In this document: piece after piece, positions 41,643-55,390 of the stretch
Layout of the letters: every line of letters starts with the position of its first letter
How positions within the stretch are numbered: position 1 is the first letter of the stretch
Source of the DNA: Malacoraja senta
Taxonomy: Eukaryota
Direction of reading: 5' to 3'
Assembly (NCBI GenBank): GCA_038087875.1
Contig: CM075989.1
Location: 7,750,001-7,814,000 of the forward strand
DNA length: 64,000 nt
The notes under the pieces: generated by a model
The model's database searches: none
Told to the model about the DNA's origin: nothing
What the model saw: only the letters and a program-made list of their open reading frames with translations
Position numbers and translations under genes: made by a program

Positions 41643-42228
41643 GAAACCGAATGCAGCTGATTATATTTGAAACAATAGAAGCAAGTTTGGAGCTGACTGC
41701 GTTTCAAAGGAGTTTTCTTAGTTATGGCTTAATAACGGCCAAAAAACTGATACTGAAATTTTGGAAAAATGCTCCTACGCCAACAATAAAAATGTGGACT
41801 TCTAATATGTCGGAATTGTTACATCTAGAAGATATGAGATTCCTCCTCGCAGGTAAACAAGACCAATTCCAAAAGATTTGGTCTCCATGTATCGACTTAT
41901 TACAAACATAGGGTGCAACAAAATGATGATAATAAATGGTTTTAGGACCTGGCGAGGGGTGAGTAAAGATAAGAAGTAGGTACATCCCTTTCATATTGTC
42001 CTATCATTTTCTTTTTTCTCTTTTTTTCTTTTCTTTTTTAACTACTTCTTGTGGTTTAGGTTCACATGTGTGTTCCTGGACCACTTTTTCATTCACTCAC
42101 TGACTGTCTTTGCTAGCTCTTTCTATCCTTTTTTCTATTTAAGTTGAAAAACAGAAGTGGTACAAGAACTGTATAAATTTACGTTATTGCAGATTACTGT
42201 AATGTAAAATACTTCTAATAAAAAAATA
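41643..42228 (+). mobile_element. L1-clade LINE 3' fragment
   Basis: ORF2 C-terminus KKLILKFWK..PTIKMW..LHLE..KIWSP; AATAAA and A-rich tail; 16-bp TSD AAAGATAGTAAACTCT (41627-41642, 42229-42244) at a TT|AAAG site. Confidence 0.85.
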
Positions 42229-43049
42229 AAAGATAGTAAACTCTTCAGTGTTGATTAGGATGCTCCAATAATAGCAGTGTGATTCAATCTATGACATAGG
42301 AAATGAATGGAGTTAATGACAAGAGTTTGAGAGGCTAAATGATAATCTTCCAGTTACCGTAGAAATTTTAGCTTATACAACACAAAATACAGACTGATAG
42401 GGCAGGAGCACTGCAAAGGTCCACAGAGATAAAAACGTTAAGCTGAGCATCAGAATGCACATGAAGATGAATTGGACCTTTATACAAGGAGGATATGGAT
42501 GAAGGAGGATGCAGTGGGCCGAAGAGACATTTGAGGGAAGCCAGGAGATACAAAGCACAAGCAGCTAAACTATCAGCAGAAAAAGCTTCAGAAGACAGTA
42601 CAATAAAGTGTATAGACAAAACATGAAAAAGGAAAAGTCGGCCACTCGGCCCCTCGTGCTTGCACCATTTTAAATTGTGGATCCGAATGTGGTCTGTATT
42701 CCTATATACTCGTATTAATCTTTAGAGGTGCTTTAAATGTCAGAAAATTCTTGATAGCCAGCTATTTTGAGCTTTGCAAGCTATGCCTTCCACACAACTT
42801 TATTCGTCCATTAAACTAAAAAAAATTCTATACATTTAAAAATTCCTGCACTGTAATTAAATAAACAGATGAAATAATGAGTGTATTTGACTAATACAAA
42901 GTTTACCATGAATACAAACACCATGCTCCTTTTCAGCTGCAATGTTCTATAAGTGATTCTGCGGTTCCAAAGGTATGCTTCAGCAAAAACCCTTCCCATT
43001 TCCCCCTAAAAAACGAAGCCATTTGCTTCATCAGTCAGCACGAAAAGAC

Positions 43050-45400
43050 TATTTTCCCGTGCAACTGTAGAAGGTGCATCATTTGCCCCAACACCACCAT
43101 CATCTAGGGACCTAAACAGTCCTTATAAAGTGCATTCAGACCGTCACTTTTTCCACATTTTGTTACGTTACAGCCTTATACTAAAATTGATTAAAAACTT
43201 TTTTTATCATCAATCTACACACAATACCCCATAATAAAAAAGTGAAAACAGGTGTTTAGAAATTTTTGCAATAAAAAAGAAATAACTGAAATATCATATT
43301 TACATAAGTATTCAGGCCCTTTACTCAGTACTTCGTTGAGGCACCTCTGGCAGCGATTACAGCCTCAAGTCTTCTTGGGTATGACGCCACAAGCTTGGCA
43401 CACCTGTATTTGGGTAATTTCTCCCATTCTTCTCTGCAGATCCTCTCAAGCTGTCAGGTTGGATGGGGAGCATCGATGCACTGCTATTTTCAGGTTCCTC
43501 CAGAGATGTTCTGTCAGTTTCAAGTCTCAAGGACATTCACAGACTCGTCACAAAGCCACTCCTGCATTATCCTGGCTGTGTGCTTAGGGTCGTTGTCCTG
43601 TTGGAAGGTGTACCTCTGCCCCAGTCTGAGGTCCAGAACGCTCTTGAGCAGGTTTTCATCAAGGATCTCTCTGTACATCTTTCCCTCGATCCTGACTAGT
43701 CTCCCAGTTTCTGCCGCTGAAAAACATCCCCACAGCATGACGCTGCCACCACCATGCTGCACCATAGGTATGGTATTGGCCAGGTGATGAGCGGTACCTG
43801 TTTTCCTCCTGACGTGATGCTTGGCATTCAGGCCAAAGTGTTCAATCGGTTTCATCAGACCAGAGAATCTTGTTTCTCATGGTCTGAGAGTCGTTTAGGT
43901 GCCTTTTGGCAAACTCCAAGTGGGCTGACATGTGCCTTTTACTGAGGAATGGCTTCCGTCCGCCACTCTACCATAAAGGCCTGATTGGTGGAGTGCTGCA
44001 GATATAGTTGTCCTTCTGGAAGGTTCTCCCATCTCCACAGAGTAACTCTGGAGCTCTGTCAGAGTGACCATCGGGTTCTTGGTCACCTCCCTGACCAAGG
44101 CCTTTCTCCCTCGATTGCTCAGTTTGGCAGATTGCTCTATGAAGAGTCCTGGTGGTTCGAAAGTTCTTCCATTTAAGAATTATGGAGGCCACTGTTCTAT
44201 TCGAAATTGTTTTATACCCTTCCCCAGATCTGTGTCTCGACACAATCCTGTGTCGGAGTTCTACGGACAATTCCTTCGTCTTCATGGCTTGATTTTTGCT
44301 CTGACATGCACTGTCAACTGTGCGACCTTATATAGACAGGTGTGTGTCTTTCCAAATCATGTCCAATCAATTTAATTTACCACTGGTGGACTCCAATAAA
44401 GCTGTAGAAACATCTGAAGGATAATCAATGGAAACAGGATGAACCTAAGCTAAATTTTGAGTGTCATAGCAAAGGGTCTGAATACCTATGTAAATGTGCT
44501 ATCTCAGTTATTTCTTATTAATTACTTTGCAAACATTTCTGAACACTGTTTTCACTTTTTCATTCTGGGGTATAGTGTGTAGATTGATGGGGAAAAAAAG
44601 AATTTAATCAATTTTAAAATAAGGCTGTAACGTAACAAAATATGGAAAAAGTGAAGGGGTCTGAATGATTTCTGAATGCACTGTAGCTGAAGCAGTGATT
44701 CATATGCCTCCAACCTCGTCTCCTGTATTCAGTACCTTCAAATTGGATCCCCTCTACATTGGCAAAATCAAAGCCCAGACTAGGAGTCTGTTTTGCAGAG
44801 CACTGGCGTCAGTCTGCAGTGACCATCTTGTTGTATATCATTTCAACTCACCATCGCATATTAGCTTGCCTTCAGCCTTCTTCACTACCACAGAAAGGCT
44901 AAATGCAAACTAGAACAGCACATCAATGGTACTAACATAACATTTTCCAGGTTTAGGTACACACATCTAGTGTTCCTTTCCCATTCCTATCAGTCCATTG
45001 CCCATTACCTAGCTTTGTTACCTTTCTCCAAGCTGGTTCCATTTGGTCATCACTCGCATACCCGTCCATATCTGTTCCTACTCCTACCCTCCCCATCTGT
45101 CCATCATTCCTCACTTAACTGGTTCCAAATCACCTTCCTGCCCCCACCTGCAAAAAACTATTCCATCTGCCCATTTTTACCTCTTGCCTGTTTCCACCTG
45201 TCAGTCAGTCTCCATATGACCCCCCCCCCCCCCTAATTGACATCTGTCATTATTCCCTACCTTACCTGGTTACACCCATTATCTACCAGCTCACCCTCTT
45301 AACACTGTCTCACCCCACCCTCTTAATACTGATTGTACTCAAATTCCTGCAGCAATTTATTGTTTTGCTGCAGATTCCAGCATCTGCAGTTTCTGGTTTT
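43050..45400 (+). mobile_element. Decayed Penelope-like element (GIY-YIG region and 3' end) interrupted by the Tc1
   Basis: LYIG and HFNSPSH motifs in ORF 44665..44913; pyrimidine-rich 3' region; TTCCAGCATCTGCAGTT end shared with the terminal repeats. Confidence 0.65.
43128..44683 (-). mobile_element. Second Tc1-family transposon, TA-flanked, decayed transposase
   Basis: Long inverted repeats (AGTGCATTCAGA...TCTGAATGCACTG|TA); ORFs MKTKELSVELRHRIV..., [12 protein letters not shown]...[11 protein letters not shown]. Confidence 0.93.
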
Positions 45401-48400
45401 CCAATGAGACTGTGCGTATTTTTAAAGCTAGAATCAATGTAACAAGTAAATTGTGTAAAATTCTGTTTTTATTATCACTGGAAAAAATTTCAAACTCAAG
45501 GATTTGAGGCAAGATTTAATTTCAACCATCCATAACATTAAATTGAGATCTTGAATGCCTTCAGGTGGATGCAAAAAGAGCAAATTTGTCATTTATGAAC
45601 TGATCAATATTTACCCACTAACTCGACTAGAACAGATAATTAGGCAAGATGTTATCGTGCTACCATACGAATGTGTGATCTACATTAACTAACCGCTACA
45701 ACATTGAACCATATTCCAAAAGCCATTTCCTGCTTCCACTTCCTCCTCTCTACAATCAGTGAAGGGTCCCAACGCAAAACATCACCTATCTATTTTCTCC
45801 AGAGATGACCCGCTGAGCTACTCCAGCATTGTCTGTCTTTCGAAATGTACAAGCTGCAGTGTGCTTTGTGATTTCCTGAAGGGGGAGTAAACGATACTGG
45901 ATAAATATGTCTCTCTTTCGATCTGCAGGTTCCTCTGTATCCTTTATTTCTAAACTTGGCAATTTAGTCTTTGAAATAAGAAAATTATTGTAATTTTTGC
46001 ATCAAAATTCAGTTAGGAGCAAACAATGGCTGAATAATTGCAATTTATTTTGTAGCTTGAACTGACATTTCAGTGTGCATGAATTCATGGTGTCATCTCA
46101 TAGAAACAAAGGTCCTTTACAACAGCAACAATGAGGGTGTATACTGTTGTTTACTCAACATCTGTATGGAGTTGCCACCTGCAAAAATCTGCATTTAAAA
46201 CATTAACAGATTATTTTCCAACTAATTGTTTAAGATTTTAACATATCTGATTGAAAATATTTTTTTTGAAAAGGGATTACTGTGCTGTCAAATGAACCAT
46301 TTTCAGATGAGATATGAAAGCAAGGTCCTGTATACTCTATCAAGAGAAATAAATGGGAACAGGCCACTCAGTGCAAAGAAATCATGGTTGATCTTCCATG
46401 CTATCCCTAAATGCATTGATTCACCTAGTATCCAGAAATCAATCTCCATTTGGAGTGTAACCAACAATAGCTTACCGCAACTTATAGTGATCAACTTATA
46501 GCTTAACAAATGGAATGATTCGCCAACTTCTGAAGAATTTCTCAACATTTCAGTCTTCATTCTTCCAAAACCAGAGCGACCATATCTGTACAGTGCTCCA
46601 AATGTGGCCATACCAGTCACCTGTACAGCCAGACACAATATCCCTATGTCTGTACTCAATACCCTAGCCAAAGGCAATCATGTTTAACCCTATCACCACT
46701 TTCAAACTACGTAACTGCACCACTAGATCTCTTTTCTATATAACTGCTAGAGCTCTACCATTTACAGTGCAAGTCCTACCCTAGATTGACTTCCCAAAAT
46801 GAAACACCTCGGATTTGTCTGAATTAAACTCCATCTGCCATTCCTCAGCCCACTGGCCAAGTTGTAATGGTCTTTATGGAATGCATAATAGAGGGGAAAA
46901 TAAGTTACGTCCAGTAAGGGAACATTGTTGAAATGGTGAAAATTAGAGATAATCCATTTAACATGGAGGATGGTGTGTTAAAAGCTAATCACAAGGGAAT
47001 TCCTGACCTTTACTTTAACACGGACTGCACTTAAAAGCATTTTCACTGGATGCAAAGATACTATAGAAAAATAAGATACATTCTCAACTGACCTAGATTA
47101 TGGGGACGTGACAAATGTTTCAGTACCATTTAAAAAAAATTGCATGGCGGCCACAGCTAACATTTATAGTACATCACCAATAGCCCCTGTAGAGGATTAC
47201 TTGCTAAGTAATGTCAGGTGGCATTTAGGAATCAACCACATTGCTGCAGTTCTATATAGGCTAGAACAGAAAGATAGATTTCATCTCCTTCACACTATCG
47301 GTGAAGCAGATGGGGCTTTACAACCATCCAGTAATTTGGTCGTTGTTACCGAGGGCTGGTTATGTTCTAAAAGTTCCAGGTTAACTGAATTTAAATTTCA
47401 CATGTTACGGTAGAATCTGAATTTATTTCCATGGATTACTTTTAATTTAACTACTGTGACTTTTAAATTAAACAATTAGACAGCTGCATGGAATTGAACA
47501 GGAAGTCAAAAAAAAATTCCAACTTCGAAGAGGCTCAAATTATATTTTTGGACATTGATTTTACAATGCCACATTTAAATGGGATGCTTAAGTTCAGTTC
47601 GAGTTTATTAGTATGGGCATTTGGACAAGAAAATATAGTTGGAATGAAGTAGATAAGTAGTTGAGAATGAAAGAGCCATGTTTTATATCAACCAATCGGC
47701 ATGTTAGATAGATCCATTGGGGTATGGTAATTGCAGGTCAAAAGAGATAAGCACGTGTACACCTTGATTCTAATCTTATAAACATTATTGTCCAAGAAAG
47801 ATGCGCTACTGACAAAGATGTAACAGCAGGATACTTTATGGTTAATTATGAGATTACTTGATGTTTGGTATTATATATAAAACAGCAATGGTAGTATTAA
47901 AGTAACAGATCTTTGTTTTTTTGCTCCAGATTCCTTCATCTGCAGTCTCTTGTCTCTTCAGATCTCAAGAACGGCTTACTTTGAAAAGGGGAAGACAAGG
48001 ATGGATAAAAGCCACAAGATGCCAAACTAAAAATGCCAGTGGAAACTAATCAATAAAAGTTCATCATGTCCATTTACCCTTGAAACAGTTCCATGGACAG
48101 AGATGGGATAAAACTTGCATTCCCATGCTACATGAAATGTCAAATGACTCAAGAACCAGATTAATTAAATTTGAGCCACTACCCAATATGCAGTGTGGAT
48201 ACATGACTCTTTCATCCTCAAATACATAGCCACTTATCGCCAAATACATTTCTTGCCCATTCTAATAAACTCTGGAAACTGAACTTAAGCAACATATTTA
48301 AATGAGCCTCTTCATACAGTGAGCTATTAGTCACCCAACCCGATAAATAATTTCTAAAGCCTTAATGATAACGGCCATCAAGACCAAAGAGAATTATTTC

Positions 48401-49056
48401 AATTTATTAGGAAACACGTCCAGAATGTAGAAGATCCAGACTTATTGGCCACTAGCTGTCAAGAATTTATTAGTAAACACAAAAAGCTGGAGTAACTCAA
48501 CAGGACAGGTAGCATATCTGGAGAGAAGAAATGGGTGATGTTTATGGTCGAGACCCGTCTTCAGACGTTGGATTCCATGCAAGATTAGGATGGCCTCAGG
48601 ATTCTTGATTCTGCTGATTTAAATGAGCATTATAGGATTGTGAAGCAAAGGAGAATTTGATAAACTCATTGTTTAATTGTTTTGGCTTTGCTTAAAATAA
48701 GTTTGAACTGATTTTTAATCTTTCAGACATTCAAAGGCATTTAAAATGTATTTTGCCTTTTACAGCCTATAATACAATGTGCAGTGTTTCCTCAGTGTGC
48801 CATTGGAGAGACGGATTTGATACTCAAATTCTCTATGGATGGACTGTGCAATACAGCACCAAGTGAAATATCAATAGTTTAATTGAAACACAAGCACAAA
48901 GAAAGGAATGTTCAGCCCCCTGTCCCTCAAGCCTGATGGTATTCAATATCATGGTTGATCTGCCTCTTGCCGTTTCCCATAATGTCCCCAAATGATCTAC
49001 TTCTGGAATACAATATCCTAGAGATTTGCCACCTTTTGCAAAAAAGTTCCCACGTA

Positions 49057-49387
49057 CAAGTCCACCGCCGAGTAGCTGGCACCTCCTTTAAGCCGGTCGT
49101 ATTTATACCCTGCAGCCAGGGTTCTGGAACTCCGGCCTGGTCGGAGCCAGCAGAACCTTCCCATAGCTGATTGGCGGGTCAAATTCCCCCTGCCACTGGG
49201 GCTCTGGAACTCCGGCCCAGCCGATCATTTCCCATAACTGACTTCCGAGGCTGACTTTGCGAGCAGTAATCTTGGTGGCTTTGGTGGACCATCGGACTCC
49301 GAGGCCTTGACCTCTGCCGATTCGGCAAAACAGATAATCCAGAAAGGCTCTGGTACCAAGGGTGCCAGAAAATCATTGGTGGACCTG
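49057..49387. mobile_element. TA-flanked Tc1/mariner-pogo type MITE
   Basis: TA|CAAGTCCACC...CTGGCACC and GGTGCCAG...GGTGGACCTG|TA imperfect TIRs; internal direct repeat CTGGAACTCCGGCC. Confidence 0.7.
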
Positions 49388-50014
49388 TACCTCAGTTGTA
49401 AATATTCACACCCTTATCTTGTAACTACGTACCCTAGTTCGATATTCTCCCCACCAGTTGAAATTGAGTCATAAAGTTATAGGGCACGGAAACATGTCTT
49501 TGCCAACATCTCAACTAACCCTCAGGATTTTCCATCCCATTCGTCTAAACTCAAAAGAGCTAGCTTCTTGAGCCACATAATAGGACCATCTCCGGTGCTA
49601 GTATAATCCTCTCTTAAATAAGAACAAACTGTATATAATACACAAAGATGGGAGCTCAAACCTATTATCGTAACAAAATTTCCTCATTGCTAAACTCCAG
49701 CCTCCTTGCCATTAAGCCAATTGATACATTTTGGGAGCACCAATTAGTGAAGGACAATGGATGGTAGGGTGCTAGGGAGCAAAGATCTTATAGCGAGCAA
49801 GATGGTCCACTCCTGCGAAAGACAATGGACTGACGTGTAGTACGCACTGAGCGTAACTTCCGTCATTTCAGTAACCCCGACCTGACTTCAGTTATGCCTC
49901 TCGCAGCGTTGCGGGGGAACAGTTTATGTGTTTTTAAATGTTTTTTTATAATTTACTTTTTAAACGGCACATACCTTGTACAGACACCAAAGGCTGCAGT
50001 AAATCAGCGGATCA

Positions 50015-50362
<348 letters not shown>

Positions 50363-50448
50363 CTATGATCGTTGTTTTCGTCCGTCTGCCGCGCGCTCTT
50401 GGTGCCGGCGCTTCTCCCCATAGACTCCGCCAAACACACATACACACC

Positions 50449-50571
50449 ATGTCTGGCAGATCGGAGCGGGCCGAGACTAGGAGCAGCAAAGATCGCTATA
50501 AGATCTTTGAGGAGCAGGGCGAAGGATGACATCAAACGGGTCATGGCAGCTATCGGAAAAGTATGGGATTG
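50449..50571 (+). pseudogene. BCL7A: Captured BCL7A-like coding exon 1 with its GTAAG donor, disrupted by a 31-bp insertion
   Basis: Reads MSGRSERAETRS[insert][19 protein letters not shown]; 92 nt without the insert; KRVMAA fits BCL7A better than BCL7B/C. Confidence 0.85.
50487..50509. mobile_element. 23-bp TIR-only remnant (footprint) of the same transposon family
   Basis: CAAAGATC+GCTATAAGATCTTTG flanked by 8-bp direct repeat AGGAGCAG (50479-50486, 50510-50517). Confidence 0.85.
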
Positions 50572-53500
50572 GTAAGGGGGAAATTAAAAAAATCCCAGAA
50601 GGAAATAGATGTTTAACAAAAAGGGAGGGGGGGGGGCGGCGCCGGCGATCACTCCATGTCCGTGTCGGAGGGAGGAGGATGGTTTGAGTTCCTCTTTCCT
50701 CCGACTCAGTCTGAAGACAGGTCTCGACATGAAATGTCACCTATTCCTTTTGTCCAGAAATGCCGCCCGACCCGCTGCATTTTGTGTCTCTGTTCGCCTT
50801 TAATCGCTCAGCCTGATATAGCAGAATCTCCCTGAACTAGCTTGACGCCATGACAGAAGCCGGTTGCGGAAATGGCGCTGAAGATTACCCATGACCCTAT
50901 TACGTTTTTTTAGCGGAGTGGACCATCTTGCTCACTATAAGATCTTTGCTAGGGAGTATTGAGAAACAAAGGGAACTTGGCATACGTCCAAACATCCTTG
51001 AAGGTGGCTGTACAGGTACATAACGTGATAAAGGGTACATATGGGATGGTGGTCAGGGCAATGAACACAATAGCAGGGACCTTTGCTTGTGAAACATTGA
51101 TGAGAGGAAATTCATCAGGATGTTGCATTTCAGTTGAGGGGAAACTGGAGTTTTAGTTATGAGAACTGGGTCTGTTTACCATGGAGCAGAGGAAGCTTTG
51201 ATTGGGGTATGTAAAATGAGTTTCCTCAGACCTGGAGAAAGGATTGAAAAATTGAGAGGATTTCAGGGAGACTTTCTTCCCTTGCTTCCATCATTCCATC
51301 AGACAGTCATAGCATTTTAAAAAGTGGCCAGATACGTAGTTGAATCAACCAAACAGGAAACACGATATCATTTGTTTTTCCAACTACTTCCAACTTGTGA
51401 TTCATGCACAATATCTAGATCCCTCCAACCGATTTGTAATCTCACAACATTTCAACAAACTGATGTTTAAGAACTGTAGGTTAGTATGCAGATAGCCTCT
51501 CGTTATAACAGATCATTGGGGGTGGGAGAAGAATGGTGTCCCCTATAATCGAGTAAGTGGAGTAAATATATAGACAGCCAATAATCATACACTAAACAAG
51601 ACAGGCGAACAGAGACCGAGCCAAAATTCACTCCAACCACCCAGCGGTCACTCGTGAAACGGCAAACATTGTCCATGTTCCCAATAAAAAAGATTTAATT
51701 TGCTACAATAGAGATCTGTTATAAAGAGGTATGTAATAACTTGGGTAGTCTGTATCTATTTTACGTTGAAGCTCATTAAGTCAATTTATGAGGCAAAGTT
51801 AAAACTCTCAATTGGTTATTTAAAATAGTGATATCTGTTTAATACATCAAATCCAAGTAAACACGAGACTGAATTTTCCATAATTCTGGGATTTTAGTAC
51901 AATTAAAATAATTCTAATTTCAAATTTACTAATAAATCAATACTGCAAAAGATTATTTATTCGTCAGATTTTTATTATTGTACTAGGGCAAAATCAGTCA
52001 CTATCAATTTTGGAAAATGGATTACTTCTGCTTTCTAACATTGTTACACCACCGAGTATTTCCATTTTCTTTGTCTCAAAGCACAACAGCAATTCAGCTG
52101 CACCAGTGAGAATGCCAGCCTCACATTGAAACATTACTTTTTTTAATTGGTGTATTATATGGAGGGTACATTTTATGAGTAGGAGCTGCTCACAGTGACC
52201 CATGCCCTTTAGCACTAATTTCAGACTGCCGAGCTTAATTTACTTAAATATAGGCAAATCCCATGTTATAGCCATTAAGGTTCTGGAAAATCTCCACGCC
52301 AGAATTCTCAAATCACTAATTAAAAATCTGAGATATGGAATAAAGTTCTCATGTAATTTGTGAATAGGTCAATGCAAGTTATATTTTTCAACTCCCTTTA
52401 TGCATATGGAGATGCGGATTTGCGTTATGGAAAAATCACAAAACGGACAGCTTTCTAGGAATGCAACCATCTCCACCAACACTAACATGGGGTCAACTGT
52501 ACTCTGGCTTTCTGCATTGAACTTTGTGAAAACACTTGTTCAATGAGCAGTTTGATGTAAAGTTTAACACGTTTATTTTGAGCAAGAATTTTCTGGCTTA
52601 AGAATAGAAACGGTACAAAATGGATTGACACTCGTTAATACTAAAATGTAACATACAATGTTATTTTTTTTCACCTCATTAAAATGCCTGTCCTTAACTC
52701 TAATAAGGAGGAAAGCAAAGAAACTAGATAACATTTCAACTTGAATACAAAACTACAAGTATAGTATTTGTTCAAAGACTAAATTAGGCATTGATAACCT
52801 CAATTATTCGTTACACATATGAAAGAATCCTTGAGCTGGGTAACCATGCGTAGCTCAGAGCCCATCTTAAAATAATTCACACTACATTTTTACGTCTGAA
52901 GATAAATATGGAAGACTAACATAGTATCATTAGAAATATACCCACTCTTTCTTTGTTGATACACACTTACAAAATGCTTTCAATCATCCGGTTATTTCTA
53001 GTCTGGCACAATCCTCAATTCCTTTTATGATGTTATTATCCGAATCCCTTTATATCACATTGGTCCTTCACGATCAGCTTATGCTTGTACTGCTCAATCT
53101 TATTAAGGAGTTGAAGGGGGTGTAGTTCAACCAACCCACTTCTCATTCTATTTCTGGATCTTGTGCCCTCAACATGAAACCAAGCATCAGAGCACAACTA
53201 TGCATTAATTCTTGAAAAATCCAATCCATAATAACATAGTGAGAACATCAAGCACAGTGGAAGCTACAAAGAGCAATAATATTTATCAAATAATCTTTAA
53301 GATTTACGCACCAGGTAAAGTACATTAAAAAGAGTACAATGTGTTGTTATTGCCCTGACATCCAGTGTAGAGATTAATAATTATAATGCTAATTCCAGTC
53401 AGGCTCTTTGACATGCCTATTCTTTCTTCCCCATCCAGAGACATGTAGACTTTTGATCAAGTCATTTTTCCGAAAAGGCTTGAGGCAATTTTCAAACTGT

Positions 53501-55109
53501 GCAGTTCAAAGATTTGTCCAGACTAAAAATGATGATTTAGCAGTTTGGTAATAAGCAGGATCAAAGTCTTAAAACATTTTATAAATGCAAATCTTCAGGA
53601 AGTCTTGACCGCATTTCACGATTAAATACTTTTCTAACATGTGTGAAACATGTGATAATGCTGCAAGCTGTCACTCGCACACAGGAAAAGTCAATGAAAA
53701 GTTGTTTTCTTAAATTGGACAATCATGAAAACAAATTGCTCTAATCTAAGGCAACAACATTCAAGACTTGTGCCCATCACAAAATTCTAAAATGTTAGCA
53801 TAAAAGAAATAAGAATAAATGTCTTCAGACACACCCATGCACTTAGATTAAATTCATTTTTTCAGGCCATGACCTAGATTTTGTTCAACATTGAGTTTCC
53901 CGTTATAAATATTCTCTTCACCCTTTGCCACCAAATTTTCTGCCCCGTATAATTGCTGATAATGCGTAAGTTGAAAATATGGCAACAGAGTTCTTGGTGA
54001 ATACAAAGATTTGCACTGAGATTTAAAAAAAGAGTCAGGTAAACTAGTTAAATTAAGTACCATTGAGCAGGTGAATTAAAAAGAAAAAGATGGATTGAAT
54101 TGAAATAAAGTTAAAGCGATAAAAATTAAAATCTCAATTACTACTTATAGAAATGGACCTGCAGCTTCAACTGTTCCCTTTTGCCCCAGAGGTTGAGTAC
54201 CACTGCAATAACAAACCTTATCAGCAAAGGTAATTATCTTGTAGCCAGAGCCATACTTTCTGCAGCAAGCTAATTGGCAATTAATGTGCAAATGCAGCAA
54301 TTTCAAACCACATTGGTGGCAGAGAATTAGCTGACAATAAGGTGATGCAAATTGTACAGCAAATTCTGGTGAATAGAAATTCATAGCGCAATTTCTTCTT
54401 TACCAGTTGATGGGCCTTTTGCATGTTAACGCCACTACTATTTTGGGAGCATTGAGAACATGAAAGTTTAAAGCTGTTTTTCAAAAATATGATACAGGAG
54501 ATAGATATTTGGCCAATAAATGCCCATGGTTATGATCATTAGATTAATTCCACTTTGGTCCATACTGCTATGTGCTACATCATAGAGAGCTCATTCAGAT
54601 ATCTTCAAAATGTGATGAAGAGTTTCTTCATTTTTTAAATTGCAAATTCAAGGTCCCCGCCACTCTTTAGAGGAGGAGGTTCATTGCTCAAGTCCTATGG
54701 TTAGTCCTCACCCATCTAGGTCTAATTGTACACATCTTCTCCGAACAAAGCAATCCCAGCTTACACAATATCTCAAACAATACATTCCAGTCTTGACAAT
54801 ATTTTTTGCAGATCTCCATCCCCAGTACTCAGTTTGAGACTGAAGTTGCAATAGCAACCCAGATATTCATCTGATGCATTCAACAATAGCAAATCTGAAA
54901 TTAACCCTGACTAGCACCCACAAAGAACTGTTAGTTAAAATATTGCTATAATCTCAAATACTTAATTTTACTCCTGAATAGAACTTCTACACTTTCAGGA
55001 TTTATATTTGTGGCAAAGTACAACAGTAAAATATATAGCACAAAAAAAAAGATTTAAAATGTCCAAATTAGTTACATTGCAGCTCATGACGTAATCAATG
55101 TAGCCAACA

Positions 55110-55390
55110 TTTTAGTTTTAGTTTTAGAAATGGTCCACGCCGACCAGTGATCCCCGCACATTAACACTATCCTACACAGACTAGGGACATTTACATTTAC
55201 CAAGCCAATTAACCTACAAACCGTACGTCTTTGGAGTGTGGGAGGAAACCGAAGTTCATGGAGCAAAACCCATGGAAGTCACGGGGAGAACGTACAAACT
55301 CTGGACAGACAAGCACCCGTAGTCGGGATCGAACCTAGGTCTCCAGCGCTGCATTCGCTATGGCAGAAACTCTACCACTGGGCCACCATG
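55110..55390 (-). mobile_element. V-SINE (HE1-like)
   Basis: Reverse-complement homolog of 2533-2820 with a (TTTAGT)n tail. Confidence 0.8.

Noticed and set aside
51490-52500. Possible Tigger-like MITEs (51490-51755, 52250-52500)
   Set aside because: Termini too degenerate to define TIR or TSD
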